DNA of 62,414 nucleotides, filler included, from Basidiobolus meristosporus CBS 931.73 (GCA_002104905.1; 3 parts of 3 records of this genome joined end to end with filler, not necessarily neighbours in it); one strand, 5' to 3'; positions 10,101-22,938 are shown, counted from the first letter of the whole stretch. The notes: generated by a model not told the origin, from the letters alone. A program made the numbers and translations.

Positions 10101-13100
10101 CGAACACTCGGCCAAGCGAACTGAGGCTCACTCAAGCGAGCACGCCACCATGAATAGTGAACACTCGATCAAGCCAACTGAGTCTCACTCCAGCGAGCAC
10201 ACCGCCATGAATAGTGAACACTCGATCAAGCCAACTGAGTCTCACTCAAGCGAGCACACCACCATGAACAGTGAACACTCGGCCAAGCCAACTGAGTCTC
10301 ACTCAAGCGAGCACACCACCATGAAGAGTGAACACTCGGCCAAGCCAACTGAGGCTCACTCAAGCGAGCATGCTACCGAGAAGAGTGAACACTCGGCCAA
10401 GCCAACTGAGTCTCACTCGAGCGAGCACACCACCGTGAAGAGCGAACACTCGGTCAAGCCAACTGAGTCTCACTCAAGCGAGCACACCACCATGAAGAGT
10501 GAACACTCGGTCAAGCCAACTGAGTCTCACTCGAGCGAGCACACCACCTTGAAGAGTGTACACTCGGTCAAGCCAACTGAGTCTCACTCGAGCGAGCACA
10601 CCACCATGAAGAGCGAACACTCGGTCAAGCCAACTGAGTCTCACTCGAGCGAGCACACCACCATGAATAGTGAACACTCGATCAAGCCAACTGAGTCTCA
10701 CTCAAGCGAGCACGCCACCATGAAGAGCGAACACTCGGCCAAGCCAACTGAGGCTCACTCAAGCGAGCATACTACCGAGAAGAGTGAACACTCAGCCAAG
10801 CCAACTGAGTCTCACTCGAGCGAGCGCACCACCGTGAAGAGCGAACACTCGGTCAAGCCAACTGAGTCTCACTCAAGCGAGCACACCACCATGAAGAGTG
10901 AACACTCGGCCAAGCCAACTGAGTCTCACTCAAGCGAGCACGCCACCATGAAGAGCGAACACTCGGTCAAGCCAACTGAGGCTCACTCCAGCGAGCACAC
11001 CACCATGAATAGTGAACACTCGATCAAGCCAACTGAGTCTCACTCAAGCGAGCACACCACCATGAAGAGTGAACACTCGGTCAAGCCAACTGAGTCTCAC
11101 TCGAGCGAGCACACCACCATGAAGAGCGAACACTCGGCCAAGCCAACTGAGTCTCACTCGAGCGAGCACACCACCATGAATAGTGAACACTCGATCAAGC
11201 CAACTGAGTCTCACTCCAGCGAGCACACCGCCATGAATGGTGAACACTCGATCAAGCCAACTGAGTCTCACTCAAGCGAGCACACCACCATGAACAGTGA
11301 ACACTCGGCCACGCCAACTGAGTCTCACTCAAGCGAGCACACCACCATGAAGAGTGAACACTCGGCCAAGCCAACTGAGGCTCACTCAAGCGAGCACACC
11401 ACCATGAAGAGTGAACACTCGGCCAAGCCAACTGAGTCTCACTCGAGCGAGCACACCACCGTGAAGAGCGAACACTCGGTCAAGCCAACTGAGTCTCACT
11501 CAAGCGAGCACACCACCATGAAGAGTGAACACTCGGTCAAGCCAACTGAGGCTCACTCAAGCGAGCACGCCACCATGAACAGTGAACACTCGGCCAAGCC
11601 AACTGAGTCTCACTCAAGCGAGCATGCTACCGAGAAGAGTGAACACTCGGCCAAGCCAACTGAGTCTCACTCAAGCGAGCACACCACCATGAAGAGTGAA
11701 CACTCGGTCAAGCCAACTGAGTCTTACTCCAGCGAGCACACCACCGTGAAGAGCGAACACTCGGTCAAGCCAACTGAGTCTCACTCAAGCGAGCACACCA
11801 CCATGAAGAGTGAACACTCGGTCAAGCCAACTGAGGCTCACTCAAGCGAGCACACCAATATGAAGAGTGAACACTCGGCCAAGCCAACTGAGTCTCACTC
11901 AAGCGAGCACACCACCATGAAGAGTGAACACTCGGCCAAGCCAACTGAGTCTCACTCGAGCGAGCACACCACCATGAAGAGTGAACACTCGGTCAAGCCA
12001 ACTGAGGCTCACTCAAGCGAGCACACCACCATGAAGAGTGAACACTCGGCCAAGCCAACTGAGTCTCACTCGAGCGAGCACACCACCATGAACAGTGAAC
12101 ACTCGGCCAAGCCAACTGAGTCTCACTCGAGCGAGCACACCACCATGAAGAGTGTACACTCGGTCAAGCCAACTGAGTCTCACTCAAGCGAGCACACCAC
12201 CATGAAGAGTGAACACTCGGCCAAGCCAACTGAGTCTCACTCGAGCGAGCACACCACCGTGAAGAGCGAACACTCGGCCAAGCCAACTGAGTCTCACTCA
12301 AGCGAGCACACCGCCATGAAGAGTGAACACTCGGTCAAGCCAACTGAGGCTCACTCAAGCGAGCACGCCACCATGAACAGTGAACACTCGGCCAAGCCAA
12401 CTGAGTCTCACTCAAGCGAGCATGCTACCGAGAAGAGTGAACACTCGGCCAAGCCAACTGAGTCTCACTCAAGCGAGCACACCACCATGAAGAGTGAACA
12501 CTCGGTCAAGCCAACTGAGTCTTACTCCAGCGAGCACACCACCGTGAAGAGCGAACACTCGGTCAAGCCAACTGAGTCTCACTCAAGCGAGCACACCACC
12601 ATGAAGAGTGAACACTCGGTCAAGCCAACTGAGGCTCACTCAAGCGAGCACACCAATATGAAGAGTGAACACTCGGCCAAGCCAACTGAGTCTCACTCGA
12701 GCGAGCACACCACCATGAAGAGTGAACACTCGGTCAAGCCAACTGAGGCTCACTCAAGCGAGCACACCACCATGAAGAGTGAACACTCGGCCAAGCCAAC
12801 TGAGTCTCACTCGAGCGAGCACACCACCATGAACAGTGAACACTCGGCCAAGCCAACTGAGTCTCACTCGAGCGAGCACACCACCATGAAGAGTGTACAC
12901 TCGGTCAAGCCAACTGAGTCTCACTCAAGCGAGCACACCACCATGAAGAGTGAACACTCGGCCAAGCCAACTGAGTCTCACTCGAGCGAGCACACTACCG
13001 TGAAGAGCGAACACTCGGCCAAGCCAACTGAGTCTCACTCAAGCGAGCACACCGCCATGAAGAGTGAACACTCGGTCAAGCCAACTGAGGCTCACTCGAG

Positions 13101-14856
13101 CGAGCACACCACCGTGAAGAGTGTACACTCGGTCAAGCCAACTGAGTCTCACTCGAGCGAGCATACTACTGAGAAGAGTGAACACTCGGCCAAGCCAACT
13201 GAGGCTCACTCAAGCGAGCACAGCACTATGAAGAGTGAACACTCGGTCAAGCCAACCGAGGCTCATTCCAGTGAGCATACCACTGTGAAGAGCGAACACT
13301 CGGTGAAGCCAACTCAGTCTCACACAACCGAGCGTACTAATGAGAAGAGCGAACACTCCGTCAAGACAACTGAATCTCACTCAAGAAAGCACACTAACGA
13401 GAAGAGTGAACACTCGGTCAAGCCAACTGAGTCTCACTCGAGCGTGCACACTACGGAGAAGGGCGAATACTCGGTCAAGTCAACTGAGTCTCACCCAAGC
13501 GAGCACGCCACCATGAAGAGCGAACACTTCGTCAAGCCAACTGAATCTCACTCCAGGAAGCGCACTGCCCAGACGAGTGAACACTCGGTCAAGCCAACCG
13601 AGTCTCACTCAAGCAAGCATACTACCGTGAAGAGCGAGCACTCGGTCAGGTCAACTGAGTCTCATTCGAGCGTGCAAACCACCGTGAAGAGTGAGCACTC
13701 GGTCAAGCCTACTGAGTCTCATTCCAGCGAGCACACTACTGAGAAGGGCGAACACTCCGCCAAGCCAACTGAGTCTCAATCAAGCGAGCATACTGCCGTG
13801 AAGAGTGAATACTCGGTCAAGTCAAACGAGCCTCACTCGAGCGAGCACACCACCGTGAAGAGCGAACACTCGGTCAAGCCAACTGAGTCCCATTTAAGCG
13901 AGCATACTGCCGTCAAGAGTGAGCATTTAGCTAAGCCAACAGAATCAAGAGAGCGCGCTACCATGAAGAGTGAAAGCTCGATCAAGCCTACTGAGTCTCA
14001 TTCCGGCGAGCGCACTACGGTGAAGAGCCTGCCCTCGTTCCCGCCAGTTGAGTCTCATCCCAGCGAGCCCTCTGCTGTTAAGAGTGGGCATCCAACCAAA
14101 GCTACTGAGGCGCATTCAGTCGAGCATACTACTGTAGTGAGTGAATATTCCTCAAAACCATCGGAATCCCATACCAGTGAACGTGCTATGGCTAAGAGTG
14201 AACACCCAACTAAGGCAACTGAGTCTCCTTCCAGTGGGCACACTGCGGTGAAGGTGGAGCATTCTGCAAAGCCTGCTCAATCCCATTCTGCCGAACATGT
14301 CACCATGCGGAGCGAACGCCCCACTATGATGCATAAAGCCTCGGAGAGTCAGCACTCTTCTAGGACAGTTGGGTCCCATTCTATTGCGCGTGGTGCCTCC
14401 ATGGACGAGCCTTTGACTAAGGCGGAGATGTCTCAAACCAGTGTACATAATATTTACAAGAGCGGAGGCTTAACCAAACCAACAGAGTCTCTTTCTAGCG
14501 AACACATTGTCACCCACAGCCAGTATCCGACTAAGCCAGCGGTGTCTCTTTCAAGCCACCTTCAAGTCTCTTCAACCAGTCGCTCATCAATCACGCCAAT
14601 TGAACCAAATTGGTGCTTGAATTATACAGTTACTGTGACAAAAACCGTTACTGTGAGTACAGCTTCAACTACTGTCGCTGCGACTGCCACTGCTGCTGGA
14701 TGTATTGATGGCCAGCATACTTGCATTGACTCGGGGCTTTCAAATAAGTTTACTATTTGCTCAAACAACAACTTGGTGCATCAAGAATGTGCCCCAGGTA
14801 CAGTTTGTCGTACCTTCATGGACTCGATCATATGTGACTGGCCTTACGAAGATTAG
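7164..14856 (+). CDS. Giant secreted GH16 beta-1,3-glucanase + His/Ser/Thr/Glu-rich repeat stalk + C-terminal CBM19-like Cys module; 8 exons
   Basis: MRVSWFQNYRAALIAASLSALHAEA signal. Same seven intron positions as the paralog; WPASGEIDIVESRGN intact. The last exon is open for >2100 codons through the repeat and ends CIDGQHTC...FTICSNNNLVHQECAPGTVC...ICDWP, matching the CBM19 Cys spacing. No GPI-type hydrophobic tail. Confidence 0.88.
7925..7928 (+). other. 4-nt micro-exon (GCCG) of the plus-strand GH16 gene
   Basis: TTTCAG|GCCG|GTAAAG; joins TGG ATA TG + G CCG + GCC ATC TGG ATG = WIWPAIWM. Confidence 0.8.
8773..14307 (+). repeat. Coding tandem repeat, 57-bp unit (consensus KSEHSVKPTESHSSEHTTM), about 95-100 units
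   Basis: Unit AAGAGTGAACACTCGGTCAAGCCAACTGAGTCTCACTCAAGCGAGCACACCACCATG. Span 5535 bp / 57 = ~97. Core homogeneous (~10-13.2 kb), edges diverged; a few truncated units keep the frame. Confidence 0.97.
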
Positions 14857-15451
14857 TAACTATTAGACTCCAAATATCAATGAAATAGAGGTTAAATAAA
14901 GTATATTTTGAACTACCATCCAGATATTATGGGGGAAATAGTAGTTTTTAATTGGTAACCATTTGATCTACACTGTAACGTGTGTTTATTACCAAGAAAT
15001 ACAATATCAGATACAAGTTGCAATTTGAATCTTTACATAATAATTAATGTGTAGAAGAAATTTTAATTCTCCTCTTATTGCGATATCTTGGGAAAACTTA
15101 TTCAAGAAACCGTACACATTACAGACAGTTTGTTTGCGTTGTAAGAGATTTGGATATAGTGGAAGTGAATGGTAGGACAAGTAGATTATGTTGAAAATTT
15201 TGTAATTACAACTAGACATTCACATAAATTGGTCACTTGGATCATTACCTACAAATCGTAGAGAATTCTGAGCAAATTCCTTGTTGGAATTCACTTTGAA
15301 TATTTTCACAAAAACTTCATGTACCCAGCAAATGTGATTTCTCAAAGCTGCTCAAACAGCCCCAAACTTTGTAAACATGCTCTTGGGGCCTTCCTAAACA
15401 TATTCTACATATGTGTATTGCCAATACCTTGTAAAAGAATCAACATACTTT

Positions 15452-15802
15452 TGTTGTAAAAATTCGTATTTCCACCTAAATATTCACCTAACTTAGTCAC
15501 TTAGATCATCACCTTCAAATCCTAGAGAATATTGACCAACAACTCCTTGTCGGGATTTACTTAGAATATATTTCACCAAAATACCAGGTACCCAGAACAT
15601 GAGAATTCTCAAAGTTGTCCAAACAGCCCCAAACTTTGCACACATGTTCTTGGGACCTTCCTTAACCTATTCTACGTGTTTGCAATGCCAAGACCAGTAA
15701 AAGTATAAATACTACTTTTACATTCAATAAATCATTAAGTGAAAACCACATAATCTACTTGTTCTCCAAATCACTTCCAATATCTCCAAGACTCTTACAA
15801 CA
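15452..15802 (+). mobile_element. Copia solo LTR with perfect 5-bp TSD, inserted inside an older LTR of the same family
   Basis: TGTTGT...ACAACA, 351 bp, ACTTT on both sides (15447-15451, 15803-15807). The flanks read as the two halves of another LTR (~15150-15890), followed by a decayed gag start (~15920-16130). Confidence 0.9.
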
Positions 15803-16167
15803 ACTTTTCCATTCAACAAGTCATTGAGTGAAAACCACATAATCTCCTTGTTCTCTGAATCACTACCAATATCTCAAGTGCTGTTACAACACATTATAAG
15901 CAAAAAGCTATAACTGTCTGGAATGTCTACTACTGCTATTACTGTAACTTTTCCCTCTGCTGAAAAAATGTATGGATCCAACTACCATATCTGGAAGGTG
16001 AAGATGTAGATGCTACTACAGGAACAAGACCTTTGGGCTATTTTATGGGAATAAATGCCCTCCAAAAGGTGTAGGGAAGCCATACAGTACCAGAAGAAAG
16101 TACAAAATGCTCTTAACTGCATTTGCCTTGAGCCTATTAATAGTAACTTGGTCACACAGGTGGATCC

Positions 16168-16762
16168 TGTTGTAAGAGTCTTGGCAATAATGGAAGTGAT
16201 TGGGAGAACAGGTAGATTATGTGGTTTTCACTTAATGATTTATTGAATGTAAAAGTAGTATGTATACTTTAACAAGGTCTTGACATAAAAAGCTCATAGA
16301 AAAGGTTAAGGAAAGACCTAAGAATATGTGTGCAAAGTTTGGAGCTGTTTGGACAACTTATCTAATTTTCATGTTCTGGGTAAATATTCTAAGTAAATCC
16401 CAACAAGGAATTTGGTCAGTATTCCCTAAGGATTTGAAAGTAATGATCTAAGTGATTAAGTTAGGTGGATATTAAGGTGGAATTACAAATTTTACATCAC
16501 CCCCACTCAGCTAAATGTTCATACTGACTAGTCCTAATTTTGACCTAAGATATTCAAACTTGTCTCTAGGTAATGGTTTGGTAAATATATCTGCTATCAT
16601 TTTGTCTTGAGGACAGTAAATCAAGCTAATCAAGTTATTCTCTATTGCTTCACATATGAAATGATGTCTAATATCTATGTGCTTAGTTCTAGTATGAAAA
16701 GTTGGATTTCTACCTAATCTTATACATCCTTGATTATCCTGAAATAAAGTAATAGGCATTTT
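16168..16762 (-). mobile_element. 3' end of a Copia element: RNase H C-terminus, PPT and 3' LTR; truncated by the gap
   Basis: ORF 16511-16759 reads QDNQGCIRL...FHTRTKHIDIRHHF...IADIFTKPL (Copia RNase H). PPT GAGTGGGGG at ~16500-16508; LTR 16168-16499. Confidence 0.9.
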
Positions 16763-16862
16763 NNNNNNNNNNNNNNNNNNNNNNNNNNNNNNNNNNNNNN
16801 NNNNNNTTAATTAATTAANNNNNNNNNNNNNNNNNNNNNNNNNNNNNNNNNNNNNNNNNNNN
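16763..16862. other. Assembly gap with TTAATTAATTAA spacer
   Basis: N-run with central TTAATTAATTAA (16807-16818); the same construct occurs at 41781-41880. Confidence 0.95.
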
Positions 16863-18802
16863 CTGATGCATCTAGTTGGGCCTACTTGTCCCTAGCTGGC
16901 ACTCTGCTGGCAACCTGACACTTCTTTCCTGCATGTTTTGAGCTCTCAGCCCATGCTGTGAAGCACTCCTGAGGTAGCTGCTTGTATTCATCACTGCCAG
17001 GTCCTACATGGCTACTTTGACTGAGTGCTTTTATTACCTTCAGTGGGCATACTGTCTACAGGGCCTTTTTGGCTGTAGCCCTGCATGTGGCACTGAAAGG
17101 CAAAGCAAGCTGTTGTCCAACTATTCTTCTGTTGGGTTTGGCTGGGAACCAGACAACTTTGCGTTTTTTATATGTACATGGTATAAGTGGACAACCATCA
17201 TGCAGCTGGCAACATATGACCCAAAGACTGTCCTAATGCCAGCATGTGTTAACAGTTGCATGGCAGTCACATCAGAAAATGTTACCATTGCAAGGTGTCA
17301 TACTTGTCAGGAATCCACCACCATTGGAGAAAAACATTGCTCACATTCCAGATATAATCTATCAATACCCCTTCTGAAGAAGCTCATGCAGTACAACAAA
17401 TGCTGTGAAGCTATAAAGTACCACTCTCAGTATCAATCAAGCACAAATATATCAGATATATCTGATTGCAAAGATTACAAACACGTAAGAAGCAAGTGCT
17501 ACTTTGAAGATGTATATGACCATGCCCCTGCCTTGGGACTTGATGAAATCTTATCAAACAAGTATTCTACCAGCAAATTCTGCTGGCTACTGATTCTCAT
17601 CAACTTGAATTTACCACCTATCTTACAGTATCAGAGCAGAAATCTGATGGTGGCTTCTCTGGTATCTGGGCCTAAATCACCATCCCACCTGGAAAGCTAC
17701 CTCTATTCACTGCTGGATAAGTTTTGTATCCATTCCAGCGGGAAACAACAGATGGCCATCATGTCAAAGAACATATTATTATCTGCATTTGAGATACCCC
17801 AGCCATCAGCAAGACATCTGGCTCTTCTGGGTACAATGGACAGCATTGCTTTCAAATGTGTGAGATCCAGGGAACTTACTCCATAACTCACACACATTAC
17901 AATTACCCACACACCAGCACCAAGAGCATCATCCTTCTGCAGTGAGAATGTACAGAAGTCAGCATTCAATTGCAGTAAAGTTGGCAAGCTATAATCCATT
18001 GGCCCAAATAGGGAATTAATCAGAAACCAGGGATACTTGAGATAGAGGGTATCTTTTAGAGCAAAAGCTTTGCACTATGTGCAATGCATTTGCTTCTCAA
18101 CAATATCCCTACACTGATGATTAAGTTGTACAAGGGGCTTTTCATGCTAAATGAGCACATTGATACACTGGAGAAATTTGAAAGAGGTGGCATGATACTA
18201 CAGAGTATCTACTACCCTAAGTATGCTTAGTGGCTCCAATCAACATTAATGCACATATATTGCAATTCAAGTGCAAGGACTGAGCAAACTAGATGTGTAT
18301 TTATTCAAATGGTCTTCTGAAGCTATTTCTACCAAGAGTACATTGAAGCATTGAGAGTCATATGTGGACATTGTAGGAATGTTTATCCAGAAGCAGATCA
18401 CCAATGCCAGCTTGACACATCTACAGCTTTTGTGCAAAGAGTTTGTGACAGGATTTGAGCAGCTATACTGAAGACATATTATTGAATGTGTAGATCTCTG
18501 CAGATACTGTATCCATCAGCAACTCCATCTTGCTTAGTGTGTTGAGAACATTGAACCTTGCTTCACCTTTTGGGAGCTTCCTATGGAGCAGATGTGTGGG
18601 GAGATAGGAGGACAAGTCAAGTTGCAAGTGCTATTATATTGCAATCTCATCAATAATATTATCTTCAAGTCAGTCATGGTTGTAGTGAGTTGGCACATGG
18701 AGGACAGCCAGGAAGAGTTAGAAAATACTTAGAACAGATGTACATATGGAGACACCTATGCCTATGGAATTAAGAAGCTAAGCAGCCCCAATGTATTAGT
18801 AA
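16863..18802 (+). mobile_element. Degenerate CACTA/En-Spm transposase relic
   Basis: LILINLNLPPILQYQSRNLMVASLVSGPKSPSHLESYL resembles the Tnp2/Transposase_21 NLPP...GPKxP motif. The downstream part (FWELP..QMCG) resembles the DUF4218 region. Many stops. Homologous to the inverted copy at ~37200-38560. Confidence 0.75.
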
Positions 18803-19440
18803 TGTTATGAATAGACACAAGGCAGGAGAGTAGAGCCAGGCAAGGCAGGACCAGGAAAGGACTTAGGTGTGGATCAACAAGGCAAGGCGGATTTCCAAGG
18901 CAAGGCTGTTTATTCAAGACCTGTGTTTATCAGACTGAGGAATACTTAAGGTGGGATAGGACTATATATACTTTTTGGCTATACTGATGCCATGAGATAT
19001 TGGCTAATACTAATGGAGTTGTGGGGTGAGGCACAGCAATGGTGCTGGGGATAATGACATAGATGACACAGCACTGAGACAGGATGGGGAAATGGATTGG
19101 GTCACCTGATCATGTGACTAAGTCATGTGACCTGGTATTTCCATATATGGTACTAGACTATGAAAATACAATAGGAAGCTTCCATGGAATGTTCCATTGT
19201 GTAACAATGGTTAGGAATGGTCAGGAACTTTCTGGAAGATGGTAGAAGGTTCCAGAAGGAATCTCTTAGAAATTGAGCTAGGAAGCTGAAACTTTGCATG
19301 GGTGCTCATGGTTTTGTGGTATGCCCAAGGTGATAGTGGGTAAGCAATAAAGAGGAGTGATTCTACAGCTGAATATCTGAGTTGTACAAGGGTAGGTAGA
19401 AAAAGGAAATACTGTGTGGTAAATTGGTATGGTAGCATGA
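18803..19440. mobile_element. Probable LTR fragment of an unidentified retroelement truncating the CACTA relic
   Basis: CACTA homology stops abruptly at TGTTATG (18803). Contains GATCATGTGAC / CCATATATGGTA / GAAGGTTCCAGA blocks like those in the Gypsy LTRs. No TSD found. Confidence 0.4.
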
Positions 19441-19459
19441 TCGTTGCAGCTGATCAGGA

Positions 19460-20485
19460 CTGCATCCACCTGTTGGACCATATTTTTCATAGGGTTGCTG
19501 TTTAAAGCACTTGCTTAATTAGTGTTCATTCCTTATGCAATAATTGCAACACAGGTTGCTATTGCCTTTGAAGGGTTTTGAGTACCTCCTTTGCTGGTTA
19601 TCATTGCTTATTAAAGAATTATTTCTTCAGTCCTATTTGAGCTTGACTTTCTTAATCCTGTATTCAGGAGCCTTTCATATTTGTAATATAAGATCAGGTG
19701 TTAGTTCTGGATTATAGGGCTGATAGAAGGCACCAAAACCTGTCTGTCAGGCTATTCAGGATGGTAAATATCACATTCTTATCAGTAGTTAGTATGCCCA
19801 CAGATTCCAACTCATTCACCAGCAGGGTTATTCTGGTAATTAGATATTGCATTTCTTCCCATAGCAGCATCCTTATAGTAACAAACTTTTGCCTAAGATA
19901 TGTTTTCTTAGCAGCTGAACATGACTGGTATGTGTCTTTCAATGCCTTCCAGGCATTCTTTGCAGTTTTTGCTTTTAAGCATGTTGTAAAAAGTTGTAGT
20001 TCCACCTAAATATTCACCTAACTTAGTTGCTTAGATCAATACTGTTAGATTCTAGGGCACACTGACCAAATTCCTTGTTGGGATTTAAATGGAATGTTTT
20101 CACCTATTCTATGTGCTTGTAATGCCATAACCATGTAAAAGTATAAATACTACTTTTACATTTAATAAATCTTTAAGTGAAAGCAACATAAATTATTCAT
20201 CATCCAAAGTTAATTCCAATATCTCCAAGACTCCTACAACAGGTTATGAGTTCCAAGCTGTCACTCTCTGCAATATCTACTAACACTATTACTGGAATTT
20301 TCCCTCTGCTGAAAAGTTGAATGGATCTAACTACCAAGTGTGGAAGGTGAAGATGAAGATGCTGCTATAAGAAAGGGGTCTTTGAGATATTGTCACAGGA
20401 GAAGAATGCCCTTGTAAAAACATGGGAGAGAAAGCCTTAAAGTACCAGAACAAAGAACAAAGTACCTTTAAATGTATTAGCCTTA
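19460..20485. mobile_element. Copia relics: minus-strand gag fragment interrupted by a plus-strand LTR (19982-20241), PBS (20242-20253) and gag start
   Basis: 19712-20005 encodes KAKTAKNAWKALKDTYQSCSAAKK, as in the gag at 59185+. LTR TGTTGT...ACAACA is followed by GGTTATGAG. The gag continues at 30339-30446 and 33864-33903 after two Harbinger insertions. Confidence 0.85.
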
Positions 20486-22938
20486 AGACTGGTTCCATTG
20501 TACCATGCCAGGGCACGCGGCGCAATCCGCGGTTGTAAAGAACAATTGGGCGCGATATTATAGCTACAGGAAGGCAGGATTGTTCTTGGACAATTTTGCA
20601 CTATGCGGGACAATCTTGCACACTATGGCACAATCTGACATGATGAGGTTGGCACCAATGATTGAGCCAACTTGTAATGCTTGCATCACGTGCACAATTG
20701 GATACCGCTATAATGGCAGGTAAAATCCGGTATTTGGATATGTTTCTTTAATGTAAATGGAAATAAATGTGTATCACACTATAAACTATACTGATACTTA
20801 CCATTTTGGCTACCCTCACTCCAATTGGACGGTATCTCAGTGGTTAATTGGTCCAAAAGTATCCTGAAGCTGGCAGCCCCCAATTGGCTCATTGACTACT
20901 GAAAAAGCTACCTGATTTGCCATCAAATATCCCATTTTGCCTATTGAGCAAGTAAATCCCTGATCCTAGTGATTGGAAAAGGTGTCATAGCTAGCACACA
21001 AGCAATTGTGTAGGTGCAAAACAGATCCAATAGCTGCACTGGTATTACAGATGACGTATATATATGCAGGGTGTTTATTAATAGGGGTTCTCTCTCAAAT
21101 GTGAGACAACCTTGATATTACTTATATCAAAAATTTGATGATCACTGATTTGCAATGGCTTGATTTGGATTGCAAAAAAAAGGGTTGTTGGGATCATTAC
21201 AAATGTGAGCGATTCAAAGCAATCGCATCATCTTCTCCTGGGTTTTTTTCTCACAGGGATTACTACTGAAGCATTTGGTAGTGACTCACTTTGCACACCT
21301 ATACTACTTCCTGGCTGACTATCATCTTGGCTACTTGTGTATTTGTAGTCAGTATTTTGCCTCCTAGTTGATGAGTGCAATGCTGCAGCTTAGCCGTGCT
21401 AAATTGCTCCAACTGAACCAACTGAACTGGCCTGTAGTGCCACGCGCTGACGCGTTCTTTTACTTGCCAAGGGCTCTGGTGGTTGAGGCACTTCATGTTG
21501 GTCATCATCAGTCAGTTCACCAGAAGTACCTCACTGATGGTCAGGCAAAACGGCACGCGCAGGTGAACCTTGACGTGTTGAGATGGCCCTTGGCTGAGTT
21601 TGATGTGATGCCACATGTTGATGTGACTTGGTCCGCTCCAATGGACTAGTGTCTAAATGAGCAGTTTGGCGAGTTCTTGTAGTTTTGCTCTGAAGCCTGC
21701 GCGTTGACTCAATGCATGTTGACTTGATGCAGGGCATTCTGGTAAAGGGTGTTGGCGTGGTCTGGACTGACGTGCACCGGCGCGCTGTGGTTGCAAGAGA
21801 TGGTAGGTAATCCAGCAAGGCATGCTGGCGCAATCTGGACAATGTTGCTTGTGGTGTAGTGGGGTCACGGTGACACCCACAGGCAGATGTGCTCATTCTT
21901 ATGCGTTCACTTCCCTAAAAAGGATTACCCCGCCTATATTATTATCATCCCAAATTTGCAATATTTCCTATTTTTGTCTATGTGATTATTACTATGCAAC
22001 CTGACAAACTATTTGTCACTATTAACCCATTGCACAAGCTATTCTTATTCCTTGCCAAGATGCTAAGATAAGATAGTTACATTATAAGGCAAGTACCCCA
22101 ACAGTGCCCATGTCATGTGACCATCTTGGTTTCATAACCCTCCCATCTTACTACCATAAGAGGCAACCACATGACACAGAGGTTTCATATTACCACTACC
22201 TGATTGGCTAGGTGCTATTATGTCTCATGGAACAATCCGCCAAGAATTTGCGCTATTTTTAGTACACAATGACATGATTGGCTGTCTACTACCTTCTGTA
22301 AACTTCCGGAAAGTATTTTCTAGCAAGAATTTGAGCAGCAAAAAAGTATATAAGGGAGGCTATCCCTTAAAATAAATCATCCCTCTTCCAATATTCTGAC
22401 TTATTGATTAGTGAGATCACCGCTACCTATTACCACTATTTTCTGACTCAGACCTGACAACACTCCCAGGAAACCACGCTGACAGCCAACTGACCTTGGA
22501 GGCACTACTTGTGAGGAATACTTAGATTAGGTATATTTTATTATATTTGTATGTTTTCCCAAGTTTGTCCTTGTACAGGCAAAGATACTTTTCAGTCTTT
22601 GTAACTATTGGTCAAAGCTGCATTCTTATCAAGTCCCTGTTGGTGGAGTTTACAGTTGTTTTGACTTTGGAAGCTTTAGTACATTGTCATCTCAAAGGAC
22701 GTTGAAGCCATTATAAACCTTTGTTAAGACGCCAACTAAGTTGGGGATTGTATTTCAATAGTTTTCCCTTGACAAGCTTGAGGCTTTATCCCCCATCACA
22801 TTAGATTAGACAAAAGACCCAGTATTCCTAGCAAGCATTTGCCAGAGGTTATTGCACCCAGTGAACACCCCACACACATCCACACTTGAGAAGTGTTGGC
22901 CGTATTTTGCCCTTTGGACTTATACACCACCACAAATT

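Noticed and set aside
8773-14307. 57-bp array as a CRISPR or satellite, and the short overlapping ORFs on both strands (e.g. 8927-9115, 9844-10074, 10474-10701)
   Set aside because: No unique spacers; the array is in frame within a eukaryotic CDS. The other ORFs are shadow frames of the repeat.
16807-16818. TTAATTAATTAA palindrome inside N-runs (also ~41825-41836)
   Set aside because: Identical in both gaps and surrounded by Ns; a scaffolding spacer, not biology.
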